Part shown: in pieces, positions 37,728-48,900 of the stretch
Layout of the letters: each line of letters begins with the position of its first letter
Numbering within the stretch: the stretch's first letter is position 1
Assembly (NCBI GenBank): GCA_048884785.1
Contig: JBHLQM010000001.1
Span: 1-64,000, forward strand
Reading direction: 5' to 3'
Source: Candidatus Thorarchaeota archaeon
Lineage (GTDB): Archaea; Asgardarchaeota; Thorarchaeia; Thorarchaeales; Thorarchaeaceae
DNA: 64,000 bases
The notes under the pieces: model-generated
Seen by the model: the letters and a program-made list of their open reading frames with translations, nothing else
Database searches by the model: none
What the model was told of the DNA's origin: nothing
Translations under genes and position numbers: made by a program

Positions 37728-40586
37728 CTAATTCAGGTCTCCATGTTTGACGCGCGGGCCATAGATTGCTGACCGAAGGTGATTACCAGTATATGACCTA
37801 GTGATATCGCAGAGTGCCTCTGGAGTTCCTGCCCCTATCAGCCAGCCGCCCTTATCTCCACCCTCAGGCCCAAGGTCAATAACATGGTCGGCGGTCTTAA
37901 TCACCTCTAAGTTATGTTCAATCATGATGACTGTGTTCCCGGCATCTACGAGGCGCTTTATGACTCTCAGGAGAATATGCACGTCGTATGCTGAGAGACC
38001 TGTAGTAGGTTCATCCAAGATGTACAAGGTATTGCCAGTGCCTCTTCGAGAAAGCTCAGAAGCCAGCTTCATGCGTTGGGCTTCTCCACCACTGAGTTGT
38101 GTAGCTGGCTGTCCCAGCTGAAGGTATCCAAGGCCAACATCATAAAGTGTTTTCAGCTTGTCCTTGATTTTTGGGATCTCACCGAAGAAATCCAGAGCCT
38201 CATCAATTGTCATTGAGAGTACTTGATTGATATTCTTCCCCTTATACTGAATCTCAAGGGTCTCTCTATCGAATCTCTTCCCTTTGCAGACATCACACTG
38301 AATGAATACATCACTCATGAAGTGCATCTCAACAGTGATAACACCACTCCCTTTGCACTTCTCACACCTGCCAACTCGAGTATTGAAACTGAATCGACCG
38401 GCATCAAAGCCTCTCGCCTTTGCTTCGGTCATCTTTGCAAAGAGGGTTCTTATCTCACCAAATACCTTAGTGTAAGTCGCTGGATTTGAGCGTGGTGTTC
38501 TGCCAATCGGTGACTGATCCACAAGAACAAGTCTGTCAATGTTCTCTATGCCCTCTATGGACTTGTACTTCCCAGGAGTTCCGCCAGATCCATTTAATTC
38601 TCGTGCCAGAGCCCTGTAGAGTGTTTCGTTCAGCAAGGAACTCTTTCCACTCCCTGAAACTCCCGTGACACAGATGAACTTCCCGAGTGGAAACTCGATA
38701 TCAATTCCTTTGAGATTATTCTGGCTTGCTCCCCTGAGAATGATAGACTTGCCATTTCCCTCTCTCCGATGCGTAGGAACCGGTATTTGTTTCTCGCCGG
38801 ATAGGTATTGAGCTGTGAGAGATTCTTCATTTACGAGAACGTCCTGAGGTGGCCCTTGAATGATAATTTCTCCGCCATGGACACCAGCAAAGGGACCAAT
38901 GTCAATTATATGGTCAGCAGCTTGAATTGTGTCTCTATCATGCTCTATGACGACCACTGTGTTGCCAAGGCTCCGGAGATTGTAGAACGTATCGATGAGT
39001 CTATTGATGTCGCGAGGGTGAAGCCCGATACTTGGCTCATCCAAACAATAAAGTACTCCAGTAAGTGCAGAGCCGATTTGTGTGGCAAGCCTTATTCTCT
39101 GGCTCTCACCACCACTCAGGGTCATTGATAATCGGTCGAGATTCAGGTATTCAAGGCCTACAGAGAGCAGAAACTTCAACCTAGCTTTGATCTCTTTTAG
39201 TACAAGTTCGGCAATGCGCCTTTCACGTTCACTCAGCTCAATAGTCTCAAAGAAGCCATAAGCTGATTCAATTGTCATCGATGTGACCTCATCGATGGAT
39301 TTGCCCGCCATTGTAACTGCAAGGCTTTCTGGTTTCAGCTTGCGTCCATTGCAACTACGACACATTGTTCTGGTAGCAAATTTATCACCAATCTGCTGAG
39401 CTCGATATTGATACCACGCTTTCGAACTACTATTTCCCTGTTCAAAGGCATTTTTCAGCCATGGTACTAGACCAACCCACCTCCGAGAAACTTCCCAACG
39501 GGAGGTTTCACTCTCTGCGACATAAGTGATCTGTATCTCTGGCCGACCCCACAAGAATAGCTCCTTTGCGGATTCTGGTAGGTTCTTGAATGGAACATAT
39601 GGGTCGAATTCGGGAACTACGTCATGAATAGCATCAATTCTTCTTAGCATCCATTTTCTGTAGTCAAAGGCTCGAGCAGCGATATCCCATGCAGATACCC
39701 CATCATCAAATACAACAAGCTCTGGTGCGATGTCAAGAGTCACACCGAGTCCATTACACTCAGGACAAGCTCCATCAGGACGATTGTAGGAGAAGGCCTT
39801 GGGTCCGAGTTTTTCATATTGGACCCCACAGTGGGGACACATCAGTTGGTTCGCAAAAGTAAGATCCTCAACCTCTTCTCTTGAGGCAATCGCGACACCA
39901 TTTCCGACCTCAAGTGCAGTTTCCAGTGAACCAATGAGACGCTCACGATTCTTCTGACCTATCTCCAAACGGTCTACCACGACCTCAATGCTATGCTTCT
40001 TTCTGCCATCTATGTCAAGGCCTTCAATCTCCTCAATAACTCCATCAAGCCTTATCCTAGCAAAACCACTACTCAAAAGATTAGCAAGAGTGTCCTCATG
40101 TTTACCTGCCTCATCTCTAATAACAGGAGCTAGAATGTGTACTCGTTGACCTCCGTTCTCATGAAGGAGTAGACGTGCCGCTGACTCTGGAGTTAACTGT
40201 TCCATTGCCCGTGCACATTTAACACAATGCGGGATTCCGATGTTTGCATAGAGTAGCCGGAGGTAATCATGTATCTCGGTACTTGTGCCCACTGTGCTGC
40301 GTGGGTTCTTTGTACGTCCCTTCTGTTCAATAGAAATTGCTGGTGGTAAACCTGTTATTTTTTCCACTTTTGGTTTATCGAGCCTTCCCAGAAACCTGCG
40401 TGCATAGGATGATAATGATTCAACATATCTTCGCTGCCCTTCCGCGAAAATTGTGTCGAATACAAGTGTGCTCTTTCCGGATCCAGAAGGTCCAGTCACG
40501 ACAACCAACCGGTCTCTAGGTATATCAACATCGACCTGTTTGAGGTTGTGCTCTTCGGCCTTTCTGACTGAAATGAAGCCAGTCAT
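37728..40586 (-). CDS. uvrA: excinuclease ABC subunit A, paralogue 2
   Basis: Two Walker A (GPSGSGKS, GVSGSGKS), two ABC signatures (LSGGESQR, LSGGEAQR), DEPSIGLH/DEPTTGL, Zn modules, DQSPIGRTPRSNPATY. Confidence 0.96.
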   Translation of the reverse strand: MTGFISVRKAEEHNLKQVDVDIPRDRLVVVTGPSGSGKSTLVFDTIFAEGQRRYVESLSSYARRFLGRLDKPKVEKITGLPPAISIEQKGRTKNPRSTVGTSTEIHDYLRLLYANIGIPHCVKCARAMEQLTPESAARLLLHENGGQRVHILAPVIRDEAGKHEDTLANLLSSGFARIRLDGVIEEIEGLDIDGRKKHSIEVVVDRLEIGQKNRERLIGSLETALEVGNGVAIASREEVEDLTFANQLMCPHCGVQYEKLGPKAFSYNRPDGACPECNGLGVTLDIAPELVVFDDGVSAWDIAARAFDYRKWMLRRIDAIHDVVPEFDPYVPFKNLPESAKELFLWGRPEIQITYVAESETSRWEVSRRWVGLVPWLKNAFEQGNSSSKAWYQYRAQQIGDKFATRTMCRSCNGRKLKPESLAVTMAGKSIDEVTSMTIESAYGFFETIELSERERRIAELVLKEIKARLKFLLSVGLEYLNLDRLSMTLSGGESQRIRLATQIGSALTGVLYCLDEPSIGLHPRDINRLIDTFYNLRSLGNTVVVIEHDRDTIQAADHIIDIGPFAGVHGGEIIIQGPPQDVLVNEESLTAQYLSGEKQIPVPTHRREGNGKSIILRGASQNNLKGIDIEFPLGKFICVTGVSGSGKSSLLNETLYRALARELNGSGGTPGKYKSIEGIENIDRLVLVDQSPIGRTPRSNPATYTKVFGEIRTLFAKMTEAKARGFDAGRFSFNTRVGRCEKCKGSGVITVEMHFMSDVFIQCDVCKGKRFDRETLEIQYKGKNINQVLSMTIDEALDFFGEIPKIKDKLKTLYDVGLGYLQLGQPATQLSGGEAQRMKLASELSRRGTGNTLYILDEPTTGLSAYDVHILLRVIKRLVDAGNTVIMIEHNLEVIKTADHVIDLGPEGGDKGGWLIGAGTPEALCDITRSYTGNHLRSAIYGPRVKHGDLN

Positions 40587-43507
40587 GTCTTCGCCCTCCG
40601 CTCCTTTGCCTCCGTGGAGGTTGGTTCCCTATGTGGCTGAAGTATCTTCTTGAGAAATTTCCCTGTATATGAAGACTCGATCCCAGCTATTTCCTCAGGA
40701 GACCCTGCACCAAGAAGATACCCTCCCTCATTGCCACCTTCAGGCCCTAGGTCGATCACCCAATCTGCTGTTTTGACTACGTCCAGCTGATGCTCTATAA
40801 CAAGAACTGTATTCCCCAGGTCTACAAGTCTATGAAGAACTTCTAGAAGTTTCTTGATGTCAGCGAAATGAAGTCCTGTGGTTGGTTCATCCAACATTAT
40901 CAATGTCTGTCCAGTTGCAGGCCGAGAGAGGTACTTACTTAGTTTGATGCGTTGAGCTTCTCCCCCGCTCAGTGTTGTAGCAGGCTGTCCAAGCTGCACA
41001 TATCCCATGCCCACCTCACATAGTGTCTGAAGTCTTCGATAGACAGAAGGAAGACCCTCAAAGAACTCTAGGGCCTCATCAATCCTCATCGCAAGAATGT
41101 CAGCGATATTCTTCCCCCTGTATCTGACCTGGAGTGTATCCTTGTTGTATCGTCTGCCCTTGCACTCTGTACATGTGACCTGCACCGGCGGAAGGAATTG
41201 CATCTCGATGATTTCTACACCCGCACCTTGGCACTTCTCACACCTACCACCCTTCACATTGAAACTGAATCTACCAGGCTTGTATCCGCGGATCTTGGAC
41301 TCCGGTAGTGAAGAGAACAACTCACGAAGAGGAGACCATAGGCCTACATAGGTCGCTGGATTCGACCTGGGCGTTCTGCCAATCGGGCTCTGATCAATGA
41401 CAATAACTTTGTCAAGCTGTTCTGCTCCTATTATGGCATCATGTTTTCCAGGAATGCTTTCGGCATGATGGAACCGGCGGGATAGTTCACGCTGAAGGGT
41501 CTCTACAATTAATGAAGACTTGCCGCTTCCTGAAACTCCTGTAACTGCAATAAACAATCCAAGAGGAATCTTGACATCAATGCTCTTGAGATTATGATGC
41601 CTTGCTCCCTTTATCTCTAGGAAACGCCCATTTGGTTCGCGACGAGTTTCGGGGATAGGTATCATGTCATCGCCCCTAAGGAACCTACCGGTAACAGAAT
41701 CCTTTGATTTCAAGATGTCTTCAAGTGTCCCTGCAACAACAACTTCCCCTCCTTCTGAGCCAGCACCCGGACCGAGGTCGACAATGTAATCTGCACTGAG
41801 CATGGTTTCCTCGTCGTGTTCCACCACCAGTAGTGTATTTCCTACATCTCTGAGACGCATAAGAGACCTCAGAAGACGTTTGTTATCTCGCGCATGCAGG
41901 CCTATACTCGGTTCATCGCAGACATATGTCACACCTACAAGATTAGACCCTATTTGGCTGGCCAGACGAATCCGCTGTGCCTCTCCTCCAGCAAGTGTTG
42001 GTGCCGTGCGATTCAATGTGAGGTATTCAAGACCTACTTCTTCAAGAAAACCGATTCTACCTTGAATCTCACGCAGAATAGGCCCTGAAACTGGTTCTAG
42101 GCGAGGATCAACTTTTGCTGAGTCGAAGAACACCTTTAGTTCCTTGATAGACATCTCATCTATATCAGAGATCGAACGTCCATTGAAGGTCACGGCTAGT
42201 GATTCCTGACGCAGCCGTGCACCATGACAATCAGGGCACTTCTGATGCGACATGAATTTCTCAATCTCTTTTCGACGATACTCCGACTTGGTCTGTCTGT
42301 AGAGCCTGTTCTGGCGTTCTAGCCATCCTTCGAATGGCCGCTTGAAGGTTCCTTTCCATTCAGCCTGATATTCCTCATTCTCGCCATGCCATGTAAATTC
42401 GAAAAGCCTATCACCAGAGCCATAGAGCAGTAGCTGTTTTTGCCTTTCATTCATCTCATTCCAAGGCGTGTCTATCGTGAGACCATATTCTGATAGTATG
42501 TGGTCATACCGTCCCTCAATCATTCGCCTTGTTCTCCAGGTTTCTGTAATGAAAAGGCCTTCTCGAATTGAGGTAGTTGGGTCTTTTATGATAAGGTCAG
42601 GATCAAATTCACGAATTGTTCCGATGCCTGTACATCTAGGACAAGCTCCCTGTGGAGTGTTCCATGAGAATATCCGAGGTTCCATCTCTGGCAGACTGAT
42701 ACCACATTCAACACAGGCGAACTGCTCTGAGAGTGTGAGGTTCTGATTTTCTGTAGCAATCGTCACTACACGTTCCGCCATTCTTAGAGCCGTTTCAACT
42801 GCTTCAGAGATTCTGCTCCGCTCCTTCTCATCCACAGTCAACCTATCAATTACAACTTCTATGGTATGCTCGAAGTACCGATCAAGGGACATCCCTTCTT
42901 CAATGTCTTTGAGCTCACCATCAATTCTCGCCCTAATGAAGCCCTGTTTGAGGAGGTCTCTGAATTCCTTTCTATATTCACCCTTTCTACCGCGCACAAT
43001 CGGAGCCATTATCATAATCTTGGTACCTGCATCGAGTTTCAGAACCCTATCAACAATCTGCTGTGCAGTCTGAGGTTCGATTTTCTTCCCACATTTAGGA
43101 CAATGAGGTTCTCCGACTCTTGCATAAAGAAGTCGGAGGAAGTCATAGATTTCAGTGATTGTGCCTACTGTACTCCGTGGGTTACGACCAACACTCTTCT
43201 GGTCGATTGAGATCGACGGCGAAAGCCCTGACATGAAGTCTACCTTAGGTTTCTCAAGCATGCCCAAGAACTGTCGTGCATATGCTGAAAGACTCTCCAC
43301 AAATCTTCGCTGTCCCTCAGCAAAAATGGTATCGAATACTAAGCTTGACTTGCCACTCCCACTAACGCCTGTTACAACTGTTAGGCTATTCTTTGGAATT
43401 TCAACACTAATATTACGAAGGTTATGTTCAGCAGCCCCAACTACCACTATTGATCTCGGACCCTCTGAGTCCAAATCTGAGGTGGTTGTTTTCTTTGCTG
43501 CTTTCAT
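40583..43507 (-). CDS. uvrA: excinuclease ABC subunit A, paralogue 1
   Basis: Two GVSGSGKS, LAGGEAQR/LSGGEAQR, DEPSIGLH/DEPTTGLH, Zn modules, RGRKGEY in the UvrB-binding domain region. Confidence 0.97.
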   Translation of the reverse strand: MKAAKKTTTSDLDSEGPRSIVVVGAAEHNLRNISVEIPKNSLTVVTGVSGSGKSSLVFDTIFAEGQRRFVESLSAYARQFLGMLEKPKVDFMSGLSPSISIDQKSVGRNPRSTVGTITEIYDFLRLLYARVGEPHCPKCGKKIEPQTAQQIVDRVLKLDAGTKIMIMAPIVRGRKGEYRKEFRDLLKQGFIRARIDGELKDIEEGMSLDRYFEHTIEVVIDRLTVDEKERSRISEAVETALRMAERVVTIATENQNLTLSEQFACVECGISLPEMEPRIFSWNTPQGACPRCTGIGTIREFDPDLIIKDPTTSIREGLFITETWRTRRMIEGRYDHILSEYGLTIDTPWNEMNERQKQLLLYGSGDRLFEFTWHGENEEYQAEWKGTFKRPFEGWLERQNRLYRQTKSEYRRKEIEKFMSHQKCPDCHGARLRQESLAVTFNGRSISDIDEMSIKELKVFFDSAKVDPRLEPVSGPILREIQGRIGFLEEVGLEYLTLNRTAPTLAGGEAQRIRLASQIGSNLVGVTYVCDEPSIGLHARDNKRLLRSLMRLRDVGNTLLVVEHDEETMLSADYIVDLGPGAGSEGGEVVVAGTLEDILKSKDSVTGRFLRGDDMIPIPETRREPNGRFLEIKGARHHNLKSIDVKIPLGLFIAVTGVSGSGKSSLIVETLQRELSRRFHHAESIPGKHDAIIGAEQLDKVIVIDQSPIGRTPRSNPATYVGLWSPLRELFSSLPESKIRGYKPGRFSFNVKGGRCEKCQGAGVEIIEMQFLPPVQVTCTECKGRRYNKDTLQVRYRGKNIADILAMRIDEALEFFEGLPSVYRRLQTLCEVGMGYVQLGQPATTLSGGEAQRIKLSKYLSRPATGQTLIMLDEPTTGLHFADIKKLLEVLHRLVDLGNTVLVIEHQLDVVKTADWVIDLGPEGGNEGGYLLGAGSPEEIAGIESSYTGKFLKKILQPHREPTSTEAKERRAKT

Positions 43508-45489
43508 CCTATATTGCCTTCAATCTTCTTTCTAAACATTACAATCTGGTCTCTGAGCTTCGCTGCCTTCTCAAACTCCAGGTTGCTGGCGGCCTCTTTC
43601 ATTCTCTCTTCAAGATCAACTATGAGATCCATCATCTCTTCCGCTTCAAGAGGATCGTATTCCTCTATAGTTGCCTGTTTGAAGGTTTCCTTCGTCTTGA
43701 TTCCAAGTGCAATATCATGAACATGCTTTGTTATGGAAGTGGGGATTATTCCATGTTCCTCATTGTAGTTGGTTTGATACTGCCTTCTTCGATTGGTTTC
43801 ATCAATTGCAGATTGCATCGCAGCAGACGTATGGTCAGCGTACAGAATCACCCTTCCATCTGCATTCCTAGCCGCGCGACCCATTGTCTGAATGAGTGCC
43901 CAGTCAGTCCTAAGGAATCCCTCTTTGTCTGCATCCATAATCGCCACGAGTCCTACCTCTGGCAAATCCAATCCCTCTCGAAGGAGATTGATTCCTACTA
44001 ATACATTGAACTTGCCCTGACGTAGTTGCCTAATAATCTCAATACGCTCCACTGTACCAATATCTGAGTGCAAGTATCGAGCCCTGATTCCATTTTCAAC
44101 AAGGTACTCGGTGAGCATCTCAGCAGTCTTCTTTGTAAGAGTTGTAACGAGAACTCGATGCCCCTGGCCAACTGTTGTGTGTATCTCCCCAATGAGGCTA
44201 TCAACCTGGTTCCCCATAGGATGGAGAGTTATATCTGGATCCAGCAGTCCCGTTGGTCTTAGCAATTGCTCAACAATCTGTTTGCTATGCTTTCGTTCAT
44301 AGGGGCCGGGCGTAGCGCTGGTGTAGATTGTTCGCTTCATATACTTCGCAAATTCATCAAACTTCAGAGGTCGATTATCCAAGGCGGAAGGTAACCGGAA
44401 TCCGTAATCTACCAAGTTATTCTTCCGATGCAGATCACCATGGTACATTCCTCTAACCTGAGGGATAGTCATATGACTCTCATCAATGATCATCAAGAAT
44501 TCGTCAGGAAAATAATCTAGAAGTGTGTAGGGTTTCTGTCCAGGAGCCCTTCCATCAATCATTCGAGAGTAATTCTCAATTCCACTGCAATGTCCAGTTT
44601 CTCGAAGCATTTCTATATCAAACAGAGTTCTACGCTTTAGCCGGTCGGCCTCCACCAATTTGCCTTCTCGTCTAAACCAATCCACACGTTCCTCCATCTC
44701 TTGTTTTATCGGGTCCAGAACCTCAAGGATGGTTTCGTATTTTGCTACATGATGTCGTGCAGGAAACAGCTCGGTCCAATCACTTGACCAAAGACGCTTT
44801 GCAGTCAAGGCTTCAAGCGCAGAAATCTTCTCTATCTTCTTTCCATCAAGTTCGATACGAATGCTGTTCTGTGAGGCAGATGGGTAGATATCGATGACAT
44901 CGCCTCTGACACGGAAGACTCCTGGCTTGATCTCCAGGTCATTACGTTCATACTGCATTGAAACAAGTCGTTCAAGAAGATCACGTCTGTCAATATCCAT
45001 ACCGACTTCCAAATACATTCTGAAATGATCGTATGCCTCGGGATCTCCAATTCCGTAGATGCACGAAACTGATGCAACAACAAGGACGTCCTTTCGGGAC
45101 CGGAGAGAGTTTGTAGTTGAATGCCGAAGACGCTCAATCTCAGCATTTATGTCAGCCTCTTTCTCGATGTACATGTCCTTACTGGGAACATACGCTTCGG
45201 GCTGGTAGTAATCGTAGTAGCTCACAAAGTATTCCACAGCATTATCCGGAAAGAATTGCTTGTATTCCGAAGCCAACTGAGCAGCAAGTGTCTTGTTATG
45301 GGAAATAACGAGTGTGGGTATGTTGTAAGTCTCAATAACATTGGCCATAGTAAATGTCTTTCCAGAGCCCGTGACTCCAAGAAGCGTTTGATAATCTAGT
45401 CCACTCTCAAGACCTTCTACCAACTTCTTGATTGCTTGAGGCTGATCACCAGTTGGTTTGAAAGGTGCTTCTAGTTTGAAGTCTGACAT
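43504..45489 (-). CDS. uvrB: excinuclease ABC subunit B
   Basis: GVTGSGKT, YYDYYQPEAY beta-hairpin, DESH, C-terminal UVR domain. Confidence 0.98.
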   Translation of the reverse strand: MSDFKLEAPFKPTGDQPQAIKKLVEGLESGLDYQTLLGVTGSGKTFTMANVIETYNIPTLVISHNKTLAAQLASEYKQFFPDNAVEYFVSYYDYYQPEAYVPSKDMYIEKEADINAEIERLRHSTTNSLRSRKDVLVVASVSCIYGIGDPEAYDHFRMYLEVGMDIDRRDLLERLVSMQYERNDLEIKPGVFRVRGDVIDIYPSASQNSIRIELDGKKIEKISALEALTAKRLWSSDWTELFPARHHVAKYETILEVLDPIKQEMEERVDWFRREGKLVEADRLKRRTLFDIEMLRETGHCSGIENYSRMIDGRAPGQKPYTLLDYFPDEFLMIIDESHMTIPQVRGMYHGDLHRKNNLVDYGFRLPSALDNRPLKFDEFAKYMKRTIYTSATPGPYERKHSKQIVEQLLRPTGLLDPDITLHPMGNQVDSLIGEIHTTVGQGHRVLVTTLTKKTAEMLTEYLVENGIRARYLHSDIGTVERIEIIRQLRQGKFNVLVGINLLREGLDLPEVGLVAIMDADKEGFLRTDWALIQTMGRAARNADGRVILYADHTSAAMQSAIDETNRRRQYQTNYNEEHGIIPTSITKHVHDIALGIKTKETFKQATIEEYDPLEAEEMMDLIVDLEERMKEAASNLEFEKAAKLRDQIVMFRKKIEGNIG

Positions 45490-45848
45490 CTACCCTGACC
45501 TCGTACACTTCGGCTCTCACCTGACGCTAAGTAACCTTTACGGTTGCTGCCATCCCTGCATAAGGAAGATGATGACAGGTACACTAAGAGGTTTCTATCC
45601 ATAATGATTCGATGCACGGGACACTCACTACCCAGAGAGATACTCGAAAGTAAACATCTTGCGAATGAACCGATACAAGTCCTTGTAGCTCGTAAGTTCC
45701 GAGTCGTTTGTATAATTGCATTCTCAAGATAGGAATAGTGGATACCGAGGTTGAGAAGTGGGTATTCATCCATGATAACCCATCATTTTGGAGGCATATT
45801 TGTCCTACACAATGGCATCTGATAAAAGTCTGGATAGACCGGCAATAC

Positions 45849-45891
45849 ATGAGATGAAGGAATTGCAGAGAACTTCCTTCATCTCATTTTT
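45849..45891. terminator. 14-bp perfect inverted repeat hairpin
   Basis: ATGAGATGAAGGAA (45849-45862) pairs with TTCCTTCATCTCAT (45874-45887), with a T-run on the + strand side. Confidence 0.7.
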
Positions 45892-45916
45892 GGATAGGGT
45901 CAGTCAGATACCGGAT

Positions 45917-48900
45917 TCATGCTGAGGTCGTGGTTGCCTCGTACTGCCTTCTCCTACACACGATTATACCAACAACGGGCAAACCAATCGCGAGTGCTGC
46001 ACCTCCAAATATCAACGACCAAGGCAATCCTCCTGGTGGTGCCACCACAAACACGTTGAATTGAGGATCTGTTGCAACACTGTAGCCATCCCAGTTTTCA
46101 AAGCATGAGGTCATTATGTAGTAAGTGCCAATGTATGTACACGAACTCACAGTCATGGTATCATCATCGGTCATCTCAGAAGTACTATACATTAGTGCAA
46201 ATGCAGAGAGAGGAACAGTCGAGGAATGCATGGTATAAATCCCATCGTCTTTTCCCCAGGTATAGTCATAGCCACCCATTTGCATTGTTGCAAATGGAGA
46301 TGAGCCAGGAATATTAGCACTTAGACTGAATCTATCAGCCTTAAAGCTGGTTGCATCGTCGGAAATCTGAGCCCCCTCGTAAGTTGTCATCGTGTGTGTT
46401 TCTAGTCCAGTTGTAGTTTGAAATGTCAGTGCCAACGAGTAATTGAACAAAGCCGATAATGGCTGACCATAAATTGACCAGTCTCCTACACTTTCATCAA
46501 CTTTGATTCTCACCATACCCAGGTCCTGCGTCGTCACATCTCCTTGGACTTCATCGGAGATACCAAAGTGTGAGATGAAGCTCATGTCATCGATTCGAAC
46601 CTTCGAAGGAACTTGGGTGAAATTGCCGCTTGGAGATTGAATGCCATAGCAATCCTGCCACCACCAGGCGACGCCACTTACTTCACCTCCAGATGCTGAA
46701 GCTGGATACGTTGTACCATTGATGCCTTCAGCTGTAAAGCCCCAGGAAGGAGTATCATCTAGAGCCAACTGAATTTCTCCACTATCACTCGGTTCTGGAG
46801 TCATGAAGACTAGGCTTTCTGTTTCCTCAAGTATGAAGAAATGTGTGAGCTCCTCAGCCACGGCAATCCCGTCTTCAAAGTTTACATTCAATATGCCATC
46901 TTCATTTAGATCCTCAAATAGTAGGATTCCAGAGAAGAATAGGCTTAAGTCAACGCCTGAATACTCTCCATTCACCTCAGTGTAGAAGTCTTCAATGAAA
47001 CTCACTACAAGCCATTTAAAGGTCCTATCCTCGGACCACCAGTCATATGCGGAATTCTCTGCAACAGTATCAGCCCACGTATGATTGGAAGTCAATCCTG
47101 CTAGCTGATAGTACTCCGGGATGACAACTCCATCTGTGTCCCAGATTGTTCGATTGATTTTGTCAAAAACCTGAGGAGATACAACACTCTTGTTCTCAGC
47201 ATACATCCAAACATAGAGGTCTTCCCATTCATGGTGCCAAGTATACGACATCTCTCCAAATACCGAGGTCATGGAATACGAACCCCATGTAACATTCACT
47301 GTAAGTATCTCGCCTGTTGTAGTGAAACTGTTACTAGATGTATAGATGTGATTTACATAGTATCTATCACTGGTCGTCGCATTATTGCCATCGAGATCCA
47401 ATGCACGAGTAATGGGGTCGGTCATCCAGCGCTGTTCTGTTGCATACATATCCGAATAATCAGATACATATCCGATAAGCACCCTCTGACTATTTGGATA
47501 AACTGTTTCATAGTCAAATTCATACTCCAGACTCAGGCTTTCATTAAAGAAAAGCACTTCCCAGTTGTATAAACCATTAGGAACTGTTTCCTTCAGAGTG
47601 AGGTTGTATGCCAAGACCAAAGTGTGTGCTATAGAATCATCTTGAACACTGAACTGATTATCGCCCAGCCCTGCAAACTCTGAAGCATTGATCTTTTCGT
47701 TCAAGTATGTATATGTTTCTTCATAGGTTTCCAAGTCAATCCTGTATAGGATTGTTGAATTATATGCTTCAATAAAGGTAGTATCCTCAATACTATTATG
47801 TATCAGGTATATTCTAAATCTAGAGGCCATATTGTAATAGAAATCCTCATCATGCCAATTCTGCCAGGTCCGAGGTTTCTCAAGCAGTATAGTGACATTG
47901 GTAATCCTACTTCGGATGGCATTCCTGAAAGCATCGTCGCCTGTGATATTGATGATTGGACTATAGTATCGACCAGGTAGGATCCATCTAGAACTGGAAT
48001 CCATCATGTTCTTCATAATGACTGAAGTGACTGTGTTCAAACTTGGAACAGAAAATCCCTTATCCCAGACCCTGATCCAATAGGTACTTCCATAATTATG
48101 CATCTCGTAGACATCTTCACCTTCTGAAGTGTACGCAACAGCTTCAAACTGATAATTTCCCACTGAGCAGTTCGCTAAGAATGGTATCTTCAGTACAAAC
48201 TCGATGTTGGTGCCATCAACGACTTTACTCATTGCTTCATTAAGGACATAGAAATTCGACTCTCCTTGAAGCTCTATTGACAATCTAGCGCTAAAGTTCT
48301 CAGATAATGTTTGACTATTAAAGACCCAGTAGTAATATCCTTCACATATATCAAACTCATTTGCTTCAATGTCGTATGTTAGCTTCACTGCACGCGTCGG
48401 TCGTGAGTCTGCAAGACTAGGACCATATGGACTGTATGCCGGATGAGGACCAGTTTGCCAAGTTTCAGAAGTTTGGTTACGGTAATAGCCCTCTGTGATT
48501 ATCATCTCCTTCTTGTAATCAATATCCTGAGTATTCAAACTGAGATTATCCCACCAACCATAATCAACAGGGGGATGTATGAAGATGGTCACATTATCAT
48601 AGTTCTCGAAGCTTCCCATATCGATGTGGATTTTAACATCTGTGCCAGGAAGTATAGATGGTGTACTTTGATCATCCATATCAGTCAGATATGCTATGAA
48701 AGGAGACAGTGTTCCAATACCCTCCATAGTAGGTTCGAGGAGTACAATGTGGCCACGGATGTCAGATTCTCCAAGACTCATTCCTTTTGTATCATAGACA
48801 ACCGAGTAGATTTCATACGTCCCTGCCAAGTCGAATATAGGATTGAGGCTTGCCTGTATTCGTACAACGTAATTGTCTGAAGTTTCAATGAATTCACATT

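Noticed and set aside
37728-43507. Duplicate uvrA as an assembly artefact or pseudogene
   Set aside because: The copies are strongly diverged at protein level, both are full length with intact motifs, and they are joined by a clean ATGA overlap.
45471-45850. ORFs 45471-45773, 45544-45732 and 45584-45850
   Set aside because: They overlap one another, have no recognisable motif or clear RBS, and none stands out as coding.
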